A DNA stretch of 64,000 nt from a virus, in UHGV virus genome UHGV-0142425; one strand, written 5' to 3'. The notes under the pieces were generated by a model that made no database searches, was not told the DNA's origin, and worked only from the letters and a program-made list of their open reading frames with translations. The position numbers were made by a program, and so were the translations under genes. Positions 1-9,987 of this stretch are shown in pieces (position 1 is the stretch's first letter; each line of letters opens with the position of its first letter).

Positions 1-170
1 ACCGCTGGCCGCAGGCAAAAATATATCGCCTGGCAGATATTGAAAATGTAAAAAAACAAATTGCCATCACTCGCGAAGAGAAAAAGGTCAAATCAGCCGC
101 ATCAGTTACGCGCAGCCGTAAAACTAAGAAGGGGCAGCCAGTAAACGACAACCCCGAAAGCGCGCAATAG
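1..170 (+). CDS. c1: 3' end of a gene convergent with pacB (last 55 codons, ...KTKKGQPVNDNPESAQ*); position matches the C1 repressor gene of P1-like phages
   Basis: Open frame from window edge to TAG at 168-170; no start in window; assignment by synteny and recollection only. Confidence 0.45.
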   Translation, partial: RWPQAKIYRLADIENVKKQIAITREEKKVKSAASVTRSRKTKKGQPVNDNPESAQ

Positions 171-194
171 TTTCTATCCGGCATGGTCAATGAG

Positions 195-1679
195 TTATTC
201 ATTAAGCCATGCCAGAGCTTCATCAACCTGCGCTTCGTCTTCGACGCTAAGCACTTCATCCTGGGGAACATAATCCGCCAGCATAGCGAAACAATATGTA
301 TCCCAATGGTCTGGTGAGTGCAGGTTGAGTTTTTTCTTCATATCCTCCTTACTCATCACCTTCCATTGACCTGCGGAGTTAATCCCTACAGGGATTTTCG
401 ACGCTTCCTCAATAGTTTCATTACCCTTATCCAGTCTCATACGACCAGATTTTACGGCCTCTGCGGCTTGAACGTTGGCATAAGCACGTTTATCAAAGTA
501 CAGGCTCTTATCTTCACGGCTATGCATCTTTTTACCCCAGCGTATACGCTGTACGGTAATACCATAATACTCGTACATCAGATCCGCCGTTGCTTTACCC
601 AAGCCATCGCCGTCTATCGCTATGGTGATATTTGGGAATCGCTCAGGATTGCATTCTGCGAAAATTTTGGCGGCAAGCTGCGTTTCTGTAACGTCTGTGT
701 ATTCCAGCATTCGATAGTTGATTACACGGCGTTTATTTCGCTGGCCGGACACCATCATGATATTGATAACGGACTTATCCCGTCCCGTACCACCAGCAAC
801 GTCCACACATGCAAGCCAGCCCCATCCTTTGGCAATCTTGACTTTCCGCCGCGTTGCACGTTCAACCTCATCACGTCCAAGAAGGAAGCCATCCTGTGAT
901 TTAGGGAATAGGCCGCGTACCTTAATCATGTACATAGGGTTATCACGCCCGCCGTACTCCGCCAGCTTCATTTTGATAAATGCTGGCGTTACCAGCGGTG
1001 ATTCCTCACTGTTAAGCGTGATCGCCGTATAAACGCCATCAGGGTTACCAGGACGCTTGGCCAGTTTATGGTGTGTATCGTAGAAATAGCCGCTTGGGCG
1101 TGTAGGCTGTGACAGTAATAAGATGCGGTTATCCTGTCCGGTAAGAGCACCGGTGATGATACCGAAAGCTCTATCACTGACACCGGAGGCTTCATCGATA
1201 ATATACAGAAGATGATCTGCGTGTTCACCGGCGAGAGCTTCTTCACTTCCCAAACGAAAGCCCTTCGGTACTACAGTCCATACACCTTTACCAGTAACCT
1301 CATAGAAAGCGGTTTCTGTCAGAACAAAATAATCAGCAAGCCATGGGAAACGGCTGGTGGCAGTAGCCCAGTTTATCTTGATGTACTTGAATATACCGGT
1401 CATTACCTGCTGAATTTTGTTCGCAACGATAATGGCGCGGGCACCGGGATACATGATTATGAACAACATGATCATGATAGAAGTCATGTCTGATTTCCCG
1501 GTACCGTGACCAGACGAAACAGATGTCTTGCTACCCTGTTCCTGCACAGACTCAATAATCAGATCCTGCTGCCAGGTAGGTGTTTTGCCGAACAAAACAT
1601 CAGCGGCAGCAATCCAGTCATAACGATATAGCGCCACCAGCTCGCGCCAACGTGGATCCGTTACGCAACTTCTGGCCAT
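195..1679 (-). CDS. pacB: Terminase large subunit (P1 PacB-like), 494 aa
   Basis: ORF track; size and position directly downstream of pacA with TAATG stop/start overlap; recognised as P1 PacB. Confidence 0.8.
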   Translation of the reverse strand: MARSCVTDPRWRELVALYRYDWIAAADVLFGKTPTWQQDLIIESVQEQGSKTSVSSGHGTGKSDMTSIMIMLFIIMYPGARAIIVANKIQQVMTGIFKYIKINWATATSRFPWLADYFVLTETAFYEVTGKGVWTVVPKGFRLGSEEALAGEHADHLLYIIDEASGVSDRAFGIITGALTGQDNRILLLSQPTRPSGYFYDTHHKLAKRPGNPDGVYTAITLNSEESPLVTPAFIKMKLAEYGGRDNPMYMIKVRGLFPKSQDGFLLGRDEVERATRRKVKIAKGWGWLACVDVAGGTGRDKSVINIMMVSGQRNKRRVINYRMLEYTDVTETQLAAKIFAECNPERFPNITIAIDGDGLGKATADLMYEYYGITVQRIRWGKKMHSREDKSLYFDKRAYANVQAAEAVKSGRMRLDKGNETIEEASKIPVGINSAGQWKVMSKEDMKKKLNLHSPDHWDTYCFAMLADYVPQDEVLSVEDEAQVDEALAWLNE

Positions 1680-2872
1680 TAATCATCATCCCCGTATAGC
1701 TTGCGGGTAACTTCTTCGTCTTCCTCCTCGTCTTCGTCCAGGTCTTGTTCCAGCCATGGGTCGTTTGATACACCTTCAGTATCAACATCTCCATAACCGC
1801 CTGTATCAACGATATCGGCGATTTCTTCCCTACGCTGCTCAATCCACAATGCGGCATCGGCGCGGCGGTTGGCGGCCCGTTCTCGCGCAACTTTGTCCAG
1901 ATCTTCAAGAGAAGGGCCACCGACGGCTGTTTGCCTTTCCTCATCATCGGTATTGGTCTTCGGAGCACGCAGATCGGCTTTGATTTGCTCCAGCATCAGG
2001 GGCGGCACTTTCCCGCCATGCGCCTCGATGAATTCAGCTGCTTCCAGCACTGACCAGTTATTTTCACGCTTTCGTTCGTATGCCAGCTTAACAATGCCAG
2101 CTTGCCCCATAGATAAAGCGTGCTTTTCCGCCTCCCGGCTTTCTTTTCGATAGTTATTCCGGATGCTGTAAATGGTGTTGATCAGGCTGCTTATCTGCGC
2201 GGAACAGCTGTTTAGCATGCTCGCGATACGGTATTCAGGCGGAGTACCTTCATCATCGGCTTTTTGCTGATCGCGCATTTCCTGCACCAAGCGAATACAC
2301 GTATCCCTGGCGTTCTCCAGCATAAGGAGATGAGAAAGAGACTTTTCAAGAAGAGTGGTTTCCAGAACATCGGCCCCGGACCGACGCAACATAGCGCGCG
2401 CGGCCTTCCGCGCTTCAACGTTATCTATCAGGTAATCGCCAGCTTCAAATTCAAAGCGTTCACCATCATCATCCAGGGTGTCGCGTTCCAGGCGATCACG
2501 TAAGGTCCGGTGGGCGCGGGTGATCACGTCATGATCATCTGAACGATCATTTATGCGCTTATTTTGGCGCTTCGCATTCTCTACTGCGGCACTGACAACG
2601 GCATTAACTCTTTGTTTTTCCGCTATTTCCGCCGCAATGTGATCACCTGAATGTTGATCATTAGAGTGATCAATGATCATGCTTTTTAGTGGCTTCCTGA
2701 CTGGCTTATTTGGCTTGCGGCTGTCCGCTGTCCTGGTGTCTTCTTTGAAGGCACGGAGATAACGACGTGCGGTATTAGGGTTAAGATTAAACTCGGCGGC
2801 ATACTGTGCGATGGTGTAACCACCATCTCGCGCCAGGCGAGCAAAATTCTTCTTGTGATCGTCCCAGGTCAC
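1679..2872 (-). CDS. pacA: Terminase small subunit / pac-recognition protein (P1 PacA-like), 397 aa
   Basis: ORF track; N-terminal HTH-like segment; contains the clustered TGATCA/G hexamer pac site inside its coding sequence. Confidence 0.8.
   Translation of the reverse strand: MTWDDHKKNFARLARDGGYTIAQYAAEFNLNPNTARRYLRAFKEDTRTADSRKPNKPVRKPLKSMIIDHSNDQHSGDHIAAEIAEKQRVNAVVSAAVENAKRQNKRINDRSDDHDVITRAHRTLRDRLERDTLDDDGERFEFEAGDYLIDNVEARKAARAMLRRSGADVLETTLLEKSLSHLLMLENARDTCIRLVQEMRDQQKADDEGTPPEYRIASMLNSCSAQISSLINTIYSIRNNYRKESREAEKHALSMGQAGIVKLAYERKRENNWSVLEAAEFIEAHGGKVPPLMLEQIKADLRAPKTNTDDEERQTAVGGPSLEDLDKVARERAANRRADAALWIEQRREEIADIVDTGGYGDVDTEGVSNDPWLEQDLDEDEEEDEEVTRKLYGDDD
2493..2680. other. pac: pac packaging site: two clusters of four TGATC(A/G) hexamers, each with a Dam GATC site
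   Basis: Hexamers read at 2493, 2521, 2532, 2544 and 2640, 2655, 2667, 2675; architecture matches the P1 pac site inside pacA. Confidence 0.75.
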
Positions 2873-2957
2873 TTATGCTTCCTTTCGTAAAAACTCTTTT
2901 TGACGCGAGGGTAACGAAAGTCACATGTCAAAAGGCCCGGAACGGGCAAGCAATCAA

Positions 2958-3410
2958 TCAGATACGTGCGGATGTGGCATTACCGTAATTACGGTGCTGA
3001 CGGGCCACCTTATTGAAAAGTTGACGCGCCATTACCCAAGGCTGGTGCTCCCGGCGTTCCTTTTCGTCCTGCGTCATATAGAGTTCGTTCTGGAGTTTTT
3101 CATCAAACCGGCGCGGTGCGCGGCTGCGGCGAAAGAATTCAGGGTTCAGAGAGTGGATCTGAAATCTACGTGGGCGTGTACTGTCATCAATCAAAACAGA
3201 CGAATACTTAGACACAGCGATAGCCTTTAAGCGCAGATAAACGTCGCGCTTATCGACATCCAGATGCGGGTATTCCTTTTCAAGGATTGCTGCGAGTTCT
3301 TTCGCTGATAGAAGAGATTTAGTGCGGATCATGTAATCCGCAATCTCATACGATGTTATTCGTGAGTGATTTATTTCCATGAAGTGGCGTCCCTGCCAGT
3401 TAAGTAACAT
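2958..3410 (-). CDS. lpa: Late promoter activator Lpa-like protein (150 aa)
   Basis: Size and position immediately upstream of pacA; C1-operator-like site in its promoter region; by synteny with P1. Confidence 0.5.
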   Translation of the reverse strand: MLLNWQGRHFMEINHSRITSYEIADYMIRTKSLLSAKELAAILEKEYPHLDVDKRDVYLRLKAIAVSKYSSVLIDDSTRPRRFQIHSLNPEFFRRSRAPRRFDEKLQNELYMTQDEKERREHQPWVMARQLFNKVARQHRNYGNATSARI

Positions 3411-3480
3411 CCTGTCACCTACTGATTAGCCCATGTCAACTAATCAACGTGGAATATAATACCCTCGATTAAAGAAATAG

Positions 3481-3497
3481 CAACACATTAGAGCAAT
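3481..3497 (-). promoter_or_regulatory. C1 operator-like site (about 13/17 match to ATTGCTCTAATAAATTT) upstream of lpa
   Basis: Sequence ...cacattagagcaat...; weaker match than the other operators. Confidence 0.4.
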
Positions 3498-3498
3498 T

Positions 3499-4542
3499 TT
3501 ATCTAACGCTCGACGAATGACTTGTGATAGCGCCGACTCCAAGCGCGTAATCAAAGAACAATCGTTGATGCATCGCCAGCCTGCCGTGTGTTTTCTCCCA
3601 ATTATCGCGGTCACGCTCAATATCACGCTGGCATGACTGGCACAGAGGAATCGCATAAATGTCATGCGCGCATAATCGACTATGACGAACGATATAAGGC
3701 GTAATGTGAGCGCCAGCTCCCGCAGCTCCACACCCACAGCATGGACGGGAAGCAACAAAGTCCATGTACTCAGGTAATTTTAGCGATTGCAGTTTTGGTA
3801 TTTTGAAATGCGCCATGCCAGGGTCGGAGTCAACATCCACAGGGCATACTTTTGCTCGCATCGGCGCGGCGCGTTCTTCCATCATCTGAACATATGCTGT
3901 AGCGCGATCGTCATACGGGCGAATATCCGCCTCTTTCAGAGGCCCGCTATCCTGCGTTGCAGTCTTAATCTTATTTATTGATATACGGCAGACTTCTTCC
4001 GGCATCAGGTGCATCATGTCGCGCATGAAAGCCCACCAGCACAGTTCCTGAATACTTAAATCATGGCCATCTGAAAGCCCCATTTCCTGACGGGCGACAT
4101 CCAGTATCCAGTTAACGCGATTATTATGCAGCGTTTCTTTCAGCTCATTAAGACCACGCATCCGGTAATGGTTATCGTGATGCCAGCACAACAACACCGC
4201 GCTATTGTCTCGTTCTGCGTGGACAATATGGTTGTCACACCAGCTCCGATCTGCGGCCTGGCATTGCCCCTCTTTCCTGCGCAACCACGCCACCAGCGCG
4301 TCAATTCCACCAATACGGCGAAACAGTTCATCGCTGTTAAAAAACGGCTGCAACGCCTCATTTGTTGCCATAGTTTGCTCGGAAACAACGAGGCCGTCGT
4401 CCATGTGCTCGATTAACTCACGCGGCACCGGCTCCATAATAAATTTACGGCCAGCCTCCACCAGCTTTCTGACTTCCTGATCCACTTTGAATGTGGCGAC
4501 GCCAAGCTCTTTTTGTACAAAGGGAGTAATTACGGCTTTCAC
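3499..4542 (-). CDS. Hypothetical protein, 347 aa (position of P1 pdcB)
   Basis: ORF track; Cys-rich C-terminus; no recognised domain. Confidence 0.5.
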   Translation of the reverse strand: MKAVITPFVQKELGVATFKVDQEVRKLVEAGRKFIMEPVPRELIEHMDDGLVVSEQTMATNEALQPFFNSDELFRRIGGIDALVAWLRRKEGQCQAADRSWCDNHIVHAERDNSAVLLCWHHDNHYRMRGLNELKETLHNNRVNWILDVARQEMGLSDGHDLSIQELCWWAFMRDMMHLMPEEVCRISINKIKTATQDSGPLKEADIRPYDDRATAYVQMMEERAAPMRAKVCPVDVDSDPGMAHFKIPKLQSLKLPEYMDFVASRPCCGCGAAGAGAHITPYIVRHSRLCAHDIYAIPLCQSCQRDIERDRDNWEKTHGRLAMHQRLFFDYALGVGAITSHSSSVR

Positions 4543-4569
4543 ATCACACCTTTCATCACTGATTGGGCT

Positions 4570-4749
4570 TTATCTGCTGCCCGGCATTCTCTGTTTAAGC
4601 ACAACCATTTCCTGACGACATAACACAGCAATAGCAATCCTGGCTCCAATTTGCTTACCAACCAGGTATTGCTTTACCTCGCGGCGACTCACGCCATCAA
4701 GAAGCATCTTTAACGCTTCACGGGACAATTTGTTGTATTTACGTGCCAT
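4570..4749 (-). CDS. Small basic protein, about 59 aa from internal Met
   Basis: ORF track 4570..4770; start uncertain. Confidence 0.3.
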   Translation of the reverse strand: MARKYNKLSREALKMLLDGVSRREVKQYLVGKQIGARIAIAVLCRQEMVVLKQRMPGSR

Positions 4750-4753
4750 TAAT

Positions 4754-5029
4754 CTACTCCGCGGAACCATACAATCTACGTAGCGTGGTAGCAGTAGATG
4801 CAGATATCGCCCTTAAAATCTCCTCCTTACTTACATCACTGCGGGAGAGGAGTTCAGAAAGCGATATTTCCTTTAACGACTTTTGCTTCTCTTTGCAGTT
4901 CTCGACCAGTTCCGCAGGAATAACAAACCTACTATCAATCGGCACAAGTTCATCAAGCGTTTGTTTGGGTACGTTAAACGTAGGATTCTTGAACACCGCA
5001 GATTCGGTCCTTAAGTTAATTTTCGACAT
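4754..5029 (-). CDS. Hypothetical protein, 91 aa
   Basis: ORF track; no recognised domain. Confidence 0.35.
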   Translation of the reverse strand: MSKINLRTESAVFKNPTFNVPKQTLDELVPIDSRFVIPAELVENCKEKQKSLKEISLSELLSRSDVSKEEILRAISASTATTLRRLYGSAE

Positions 5030-5048
5030 TGTTTCGTAACTCCACTAC

Positions 5049-5429
5049 TCAGGTCTTGGAACCATATAGTTCACGTAGCTTTTCTGCGACTGAAGATACG
5101 GCGATTTCACCAGTTGCAGCCCCTACGGTAAGGTCTACCAGTTCAGGTGAGTCAAATACCTGCACCCCATTACGGCGTAGGAATAGCAGCGCACTGTTTA
5201 GCGCGGTACGCTTATTGGCATCATTGAATATATGCCCTCTCGCAGTAGCCACCAGGTAGGTTGCGGAGACTTCGAAAAGGTCGGTAATCTCTTCGTACAC
5301 AACTCTGGCCTGGACTCTCCCGATAATGGCCTCTGCCCTGCCCGGATCTGACATGCCAGGCAGGCCGCCGTAGCGGTTTATATTCGCATCATGAAGCGCA
5401 ATAAGTTCTTCCGGTGATATATGCCTCAT
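5049..5429 (-). CDS. doc: Doc toxin (Fic-fold kinase), addiction module, 126 aa
   Basis: Protein recognised as P1 Doc; directly downstream of phd with ATGA overlap. Confidence 0.9.
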   Translation of the reverse strand: MRHISPEELIALHDANINRYGGLPGMSDPGRAEAIIGRVQARVVYEEITDLFEVSATYLVATARGHIFNDANKRTALNSALLFLRRNGVQVFDSPELVDLTVGAATGEIAVSSVAEKLRELYGSKT

Positions 5430-5650
5430 TATCGGTTAACCAGTTCCTTGTTGGTGGAGTCCAGGGTGTCAAACAGGGATGCAAATTCAGCATCCAGCGC
5501 CGCTTTTTTGTAGGCTTCGAAAGTAGCCTTGCTGACAATTACTGCTGGCTCACGGCCTCTGCGGGTGATTTCAACCTCTTCCCCGGCTTCAACATTGTTG
5601 AGCACTTCAGAAAGGTTGCCGCGCGCGGTACGGAAGTTAATGGATTGCAT
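5429..5650 (-). CDS. phd: Phd antitoxin, 73 aa (start at the second Met of the 75-aa ORF)
   Basis: [52 protein letters not shown]... recognised as P1 Phd. Confidence 0.9.
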   Translation of the reverse strand: MQSINFRTARGNLSEVLNNVEAGEEVEITRRGREPAVIVSKATFEAYKKAALDAEFASLFDTLDSTNKELVNR

Positions 5651-5654
5651 AAAC

Positions 5655-5685
5655 ACCTCGTGTACTCGTTATGTGTACACAATTA
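5655..5685. promoter_or_regulatory. phd-doc promoter/operator with GTGTAC-type palindromes (TGTGTACACA at 5672-5681)
   Basis: Palindromes read directly upstream of phd; Phd/Doc autoregulation is established for P1. Confidence 0.6.
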
Positions 5686-5722
5686 TAAACTTCACAGGCA
5701 TAAAGCACCAGCACTTTGCAGC

Positions 5723-6112
5723 TTAAATCACCGGACAATCATCAAATTCCCCACTTCGGGCATCATTGATGACATGAGTGATCACACCAAAAACAGCATT
5801 ACTGCCCGTGTATCCATCGTCATCCACTGGTAACGCCTCTTTCTTCCCGGTGCTTAAATCCTCCAGGTGCTGGCGCGGATACTTCCGGTATCTCTTTATG
5901 CGATATTCACCCTCCATAGCGCACACAAGCAGAGAACCATCAACCGGAGTAAGCGAGGAATCAACCACCAGCAAAGCACCCTGCAATATTCCCTCACGGT
6001 GATGGCTATCAGCTGCCCGCATGAAGTAGGTTGCTGATGGATGCCTGATTAGTTGCTGATCAAGAGAAATTCGGCTTTCAACATAATCCGCCGCAGGAGA
6101 AGGGAAGCCCAT
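5723..6112 (-). CDS. humD: UmuD-like SOS mutagenesis protein (LexA/S24 peptidase fold), 129 aa
   Basis: Recognised as P1 HumD; canonical LexA box 20 bp upstream. Confidence 0.85.
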   Translation of the reverse strand: MGFPSPAADYVESRISLDQQLIRHPSATYFMRAADSHHREGILQGALLVVDSSLTPVDGSLLVCAMEGEYRIKRYRKYPRQHLEDLSTGKKEALPVDDDGYTGSNAVFGVITHVINDARSGEFDDCPVI

Positions 6113-6131
6113 AGCGTTTTCACCTCAATAA

Positions 6132-6151
6132 TACTGTTCATTTATACAGTA
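6132..6151. promoter_or_regulatory. LexA (SOS) box TACTGTTCATTTATACAGTA between divergent humD and the 6287 gene
   Basis: Exact CTGT-N8-ACAG palindrome matching the E. coli SOS box consensus. Confidence 0.85.
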
Positions 6152-6286
6152 TACATTAAAGAGACACCTTTGGTGCAAACGCGTTACGTACATCAACCAC
6201 CGCTGATTATTTTGTGCTCTTTGCTACTATTCATCACCAACGGATCAGCGTAACCTCGTTGCCAATCAGTTAATAAGGAATTAGCT

Positions 6287-6868
6287 ATGCCTAATCGCAT
6301 TCCTCTCGATCCTGTATTGCCCAAAAATTTTGACTGCACTCCTAACGAGAAACGCTCTAAAGCTCAGCTGGACGCCTGGTGGGACCATCCCTATGGGGTT
6401 ACACACCCTGACGGGAAAATTGTTGTTTATTGTCTGAATGGTGGCGCGTGGGACCGTCCATCCGTGCTTGGTTTGGCAAATAACTATGATGAAGCCTGTG
6501 AACTTGCCGAAAGACAGCAGGCTAGATGGGTGAAAACACGGTCACAGCCGACATTCATGTTTTCAAAAGAACCGCCATTTATACTGGCGAGGATGCCGCA
6601 GCGACCGGATCATCAACAAGAAATTGTTGCTGAATTTTCCTCAAGGGATGAGATGAATCTCTTCTCATTAAAGCAGGAAGAAAGGGAGCGCGTCGAAGTG
6701 TCTCCAACTCTCGACCACAACCGGATGAACCTGGCCCAACTCGCCTGGTACAGCAAAGAATTAGAGATGTCTATTGCCCGACTTGAAAACGAAAAAGCCG
6801 CTATCCAAGCCCAGCATGAAGTAGTTCTGAACCGGATTAGAGAAATGCAAAACGATAATAGAGGCTAA
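6287..6868 (+). CDS. Hypothetical protein, 193 aa, C-terminal coiled coil; divergent from humD and probably SOS-regulated
   Basis: ORF track; AAGGA RBS; shares the LexA-box intergenic region. Confidence 0.6.
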   Translation: MPNRIPLDPVLPKNFDCTPNEKRSKAQLDAWWDHPYGVTHPDGKIVVYCLNGGAWDRPSVLGLANNYDEACELAERQQARWVKTRSQPTFMFSKEPPFILARMPQRPDHQQEIVAEFSSRDEMNLFSLKQEERERVEVSPTLDHNRMNLAQLAWYSKELEMSIARLENEKAAIQAQHEVVLNRIREMQNDNRG

Positions 6869-6892
6869 ATCGAGGTAGAAAACACATTGTTT

Positions 6893-6913
6893 AAGGCCAC
6901 TAATTGTGGCCTC
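6893..6913. terminator. Hairpin (GGCCAC-TAATT-GTGGCC) between convergent genes
   Basis: Inverted repeat read in sequence. Confidence 0.5.
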
Positions 6914-6928
6914 AAAGGGGAGAGATGC

Positions 6929-7453
6929 TTATTGGCTATGGCTAAAAATCAAATGAGACACTTCATGTGGTTGTAGCTCGTCAAGATCCGGGGCCACAAA
7001 ACCTTTTCCGAAAGACTTCACAAGTAATTCACCAGCCGCATCATTGTCACCTATTACACGAAAGTCATACGGCAGCATCGCAAGTTGACGGCGTAATCCT
7101 GCGGAGAAAGTCGAACCTAACAGCGCCCACGAATTGCCGCCCGCGTTGTGTACAGCTGCGCTCTTAAAAATAGACTCAGTTATCCATATTGGGCCATCTT
7201 TTAAAGGAAGATAGGTTCCCCAAAGTAACTGTTTGCCATGTGATCGCGTGAAATACCGAGCCATCTTCGGATTGCTATGCTGCTTAGGAGCACCTGGTCT
7301 ATATGTCTGATACCCAGCCAACATCCCATCAAATCTGTATAGAGGGAATGTAACTACTCCTTCACTTTCATCGATCCACTGTCTATATGGGTGTATATCA
7401 TGGCGGTAGTTACGAGTTAGCAAATGAGCTTCCAGCTTTCCAAATTTTGTCAT
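6929..7453 (-). CDS. Small Toprim-like protein, about 174 aa
   Basis: Motifs ITESIF (Glu) and VIGDNDAAGELL (DxD) resemble primase/topoisomerase Toprim; start at Met with AGGAAG RBS. Confidence 0.45.
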   Translation of the reverse strand: MTKFGKLEAHLLTRNYRHDIHPYRQWIDESEGVVTFPLYRFDGMLAGYQTYRPGAPKQHSNPKMARYFTRSHGKQLLWGTYLPLKDGPIWITESIFKSAAVHNAGGNSWALLGSTFSAGLRRQLAMLPYDFRVIGDNDAAGELLVKSFGKGFVAPDLDELQPHEVSHLIFSHSQ

Positions 7454-7501
7454 AATTCCGTTCTTCCTGGCTTTTAGCTGCAATATTGCAGTTGCTCATG
7501 T

Positions 7502-7774
7502 TTAAAGCTCACATTTCCAGATGGTATTCTGAACACCCGAACCGGGAGCGAGATGGGGATTAGCGTTCGCGCTATGCTGATATACGGCTTTAGACTTCCC
7601 ATATTGCTGACAGGCTTTATCTGCGGTTTTTTGCAAGCTATCAAGGCCATACCAACCATCTGACTGTATGCTTACCTTTTCACCGTCGTTGTATTGCACC
7701 ATTGCACACCCAGATATAGCCAGTATCGCGCCGACAATAACGCTTTTCCATAAAACTCTATACAACATAGACAA
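7502..7774 (-). CDS. Small lipoprotein, 90 aa
   Basis: Signal peptide with lipobox ...AILAISGC. Confidence 0.55.
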   Translation of the reverse strand: MSMLYRVLWKSVIVGAILAISGCAMVQYNDGEKVSIQSDGWYGLDSLQKTADKACQQYGKSKAVYQHSANANPHLAPGSGVQNTIWKCEL

Positions 7775-7813
7775 AAATCCCCTCTGTGAATTGAGGGGAT
7801 TTTAGCATGGTGA

Positions 7814-8071
7814 TCAGAGATCAGCTTTATGCAGAATTTTATCCACCAGCGATGTGATTTTTTCTGCCAGGTCATCATTACTTACCCAATCCTGGCGGGC
7901 AGCCAGAACGGGCGACAAAGTTAATATTAACTCTCGCCGTAATGATGCGTTCCGTGGTGCTAGTGGTGGTTTAAGCCCCTCGCTCCCTTGTATTTCTGGG
8001 GTATGCGGCTGATAGCCATTAATCATCCTTTTTTTCTCCATTTTCGGTGGGCGCGGACGCGGGAGAATCAT
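7814..8071 (-). CDS. Hypothetical Pro-rich protein, about 85 aa
   Basis: ORF track 7814..8101; start chosen at Met with GAGAAAGGA RBS. Confidence 0.4.
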   Translation of the reverse strand: MILPRPRPPKMEKKRMINGYQPHTPEIQGSEGLKPPLAPRNASLRRELILTLSPVLAARQDWVSNDDLAEKITSLVDKILHKADL

Positions 8072-8376
8072 GATTCCTTTCTCTTCCTGCATACTGGGCA
8101 TGTGTTCTCTGTGAAATATGGGAAACTATTATCCAGCTCATCTACCCACTGTTTATGGTCGAAGCAGAAAAATATCTCCCACGGCATTCCATATTCTTCC
8201 ATCCATAGGCGGATCTGCATTTCTATTGGAATCGGCGGTATTGCAGACACCATATCAACAGGATAACAGTTCAGACGACGTTCCAGTTCTTCTACTCTCT
8301 TCTGGAGATGAAATATCCGATCCAGATGCACACGCCGCTCCCGTGCCATTTTAAAATAAAGCTCGCCGGTCATCAT
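8068..8376 (-). CDS. Coiled-coil plus C-terminal Zn-ribbon-like protein, paralogue A (102 aa)
   Basis: C-terminal W-x-F-C-x-DH-x-W-x-DELD-x-SFPYF-x-E-x3-CPxCR shared with the adjacent gene. Confidence 0.55.
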   Translation of the reverse strand: MMTGELYFKMARERRVHLDRIFHLQKRVEELERRLNCYPVDMVSAIPPIPIEMQIRLWMEEYGMPWEIFFCFDHKQWVDELDNSFPYFTENTCPVCRKRKES

Positions 8377-8657
8377 TAACTCCTACATTCAGGGCAAGAG
8401 TTCCCTTCCGCAAAATAGGGGAAACTGCTATCAAGCTCATCACACCATCTGCGATGGTCGTAGCACCAAAACGCCTCCCACGGTGCACGGAAATACTTCA
8501 TCCACCAGGACACTCGATCAGGTATATCTGCTGGTGGCAGCTCTTCTGGCAATAATTTGCCTGATAATTCCCTTTCCGCCCGCGCCAGCATTCCTTTTAG
8601 ACTCGCATTCTCTTTTTCAAGAATCTCTATGCGCGCCTGTAACTCAGCTTTCGTTGG
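8376..8657 (-). CDS. Coiled-coil plus C-terminal Zn-ribbon-like protein, paralogue B (about 94 aa)
   Basis: Same C-terminal motif as 8068..8376; start chosen at MPTKAEL with GAGG RBS (ORF track extends to 8741). Confidence 0.5.
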   Translation of the reverse strand, partial: PTKAELQARIEILEKENASLKGMLARAERELSGKLLPEELPPADIPDRVSWWMKYFRAPWEAFWCYDHRRWCDELDSSFPYFAEGNSCPECRS

Positions 8658-9324
8658 CATGGTCCGCCTCATGCTTTTCAGCCACCAGCGGCAATAAAGC
8701 CCTGGCCATCTTATGAACCAATAGTGCATCAATAATGCCAAGCGTATGCCCCGGCTTAATGTTTAATGCCGCCTCAAGGTGACACCTTTCCAAGCCACTT
8801 TTCTCGGCTTGTTTATGATGATCTGGCGTAATAACGTCGCCCAAAACACGGCTAATTCTTTCTCGTAATTGCTGGGTGCCAGCACACTTGATCGCTGTAT
8901 CGTGGAGACGGTTAACCAGTTCGCGATAAACATGCGGCTTAATGCGGATACGTCCACCGGTGACGCCCTTTCCTGGCGCTGACACCGAACTATCCGGAAT
9001 ATCCGGATAGTTGCCAGCCTCGTAAGCTACCCGCAGCCAGTGCATGAATGTTTCAGTGGACACACAACCACAGTCCACATCGATTTTTCCGCGTTGCTGT
9101 TCCAGCCACTGCTCAAAATTCAATCTACACGTATTACTTTCATGTTGCTCTTTTTGTCTCAAGGCCAGTACCTGTTGGGCCAGTTCCAGAACGATACCGG
9201 GTGACGCTAACCTCTCAAATTCCAATAAATAGTTTGTGTCAGGATGACAAGTAGCCTCGCCTGCAAAAAATACCAATTGCTGTAAGTATGCTGTCGTTAG
9301 AGTAGTCATTTCTTTTTGCGCCAT
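8644..9324 (-). CDS. Hypothetical protein, 226 aa
   Basis: ORF track; translationally coupled in the operon. Confidence 0.5.
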   Translation of the reverse strand: MAQKEMTTLTTAYLQQLVFFAGEATCHPDTNYLLEFERLASPGIVLELAQQVLALRQKEQHESNTCRLNFEQWLEQQRGKIDVDCGCVSTETFMHWLRVAYEAGNYPDIPDSSVSAPGKGVTGGRIRIKPHVYRELVNRLHDTAIKCAGTQQLRERISRVLGDVITPDHHKQAEKSGLERCHLEAALNIKPGHTLGIIDALLVHKMARALLPLVAEKHEADHANES

Positions 9325-9680
9325 TTCTTTTCACATTCCTTAGTCCATTTTTCAATGTTCATTTTGGCAATATCAGTCATTCCGTCACCCAAGAAATACT
9401 TTTTCCGGTATGTCTTGCACTTAAACCACACTACAACAGCCACCAGCCAGAAAATAAAAGGCCATACAGCAATGCCAACGACAGCCGCGATAAAGCCCAA
9501 TAGCCATAAATGAAGCTCTCCAACTTCTGTTTCCGGCAATATTCTTAAAGAATTAAACAGCAGGGTGAACGAATGATCGTATGCATTGGCAGTATAAGAC
9601 ATGCAATCCATATAATTAAAGTCATAGCCTGCGGCTGCCGCCCATAATGGGCGGTCAAGAAAATGTTTTAGTGTCATCAT
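9306..9680 (-). CDS. Membrane protein (one long hydrophobic segment, Lys-rich C-terminus), 124 aa
   Basis: Hydrophobic stretch LWLLGFIAAVVGIAVWPFIFWLVAVVVWF. Confidence 0.5.
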   Translation of the reverse strand: MMTLKHFLDRPLWAAAAGYDFNYMDCMSYTANAYDHSFTLLFNSLRILPETEVGELHLWLLGFIAAVVGIAVWPFIFWLVAVVVWFKCKTYRKKYFLGDGMTDIAKMNIEKWTKECEKKWRKKK

Positions 9681-9686
9681 ATTAAT

Positions 9687-9980
9687 TTAAGGTTCAGACC
9701 AGTTATCTTCAATAGCAATGCTTAATCTTTGTAGCCATTCTGCTAATTTCAGCATTGCTTCTCTTTCGCTTAAACCACGAGGAAAATCATCAAGCGATAT
9801 TGTTGGCTTGAAGCCCCCGTAATTATCCATTTCAACGGTCAGATTTTGCTCCAGTACGGTATTCCTTACGCGGCTATTGTGGCGAAGCAAATATACTGAA
9901 CGTGATTTATTGGTTTTGTGGTCGAGCTGATATTCGGTAAGTATCATCTGGCTTTTGCCATGACTATTACCTCTCCACAT
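9687..9980 (-). CDS. Hypothetical soluble protein, about 97 aa, coupled to the upstream hydrophobic peptide
   Basis: Start ATG overlaps GAGGTAAG RBS right after the peptide stop; ORF track gives a longer 129-aa frame. Confidence 0.4.
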   Translation of the reverse strand: MWRGNSHGKSQMILTEYQLDHKTNKSRSVYLLRHNSRVRNTVLEQNLTVEMDNYGGFKPTISLDDFPRGLSEREAMLKLAEWLQRLSIAIEDNWSEP

Positions 9981-9987
9981 ACTTACC

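Noticed and set aside
318-1493. Plus-strand ORFs (193, 104, 93 aa) inside pacB
   Set aside because: Antisense to a well-supported terminase gene; typical spurious frames
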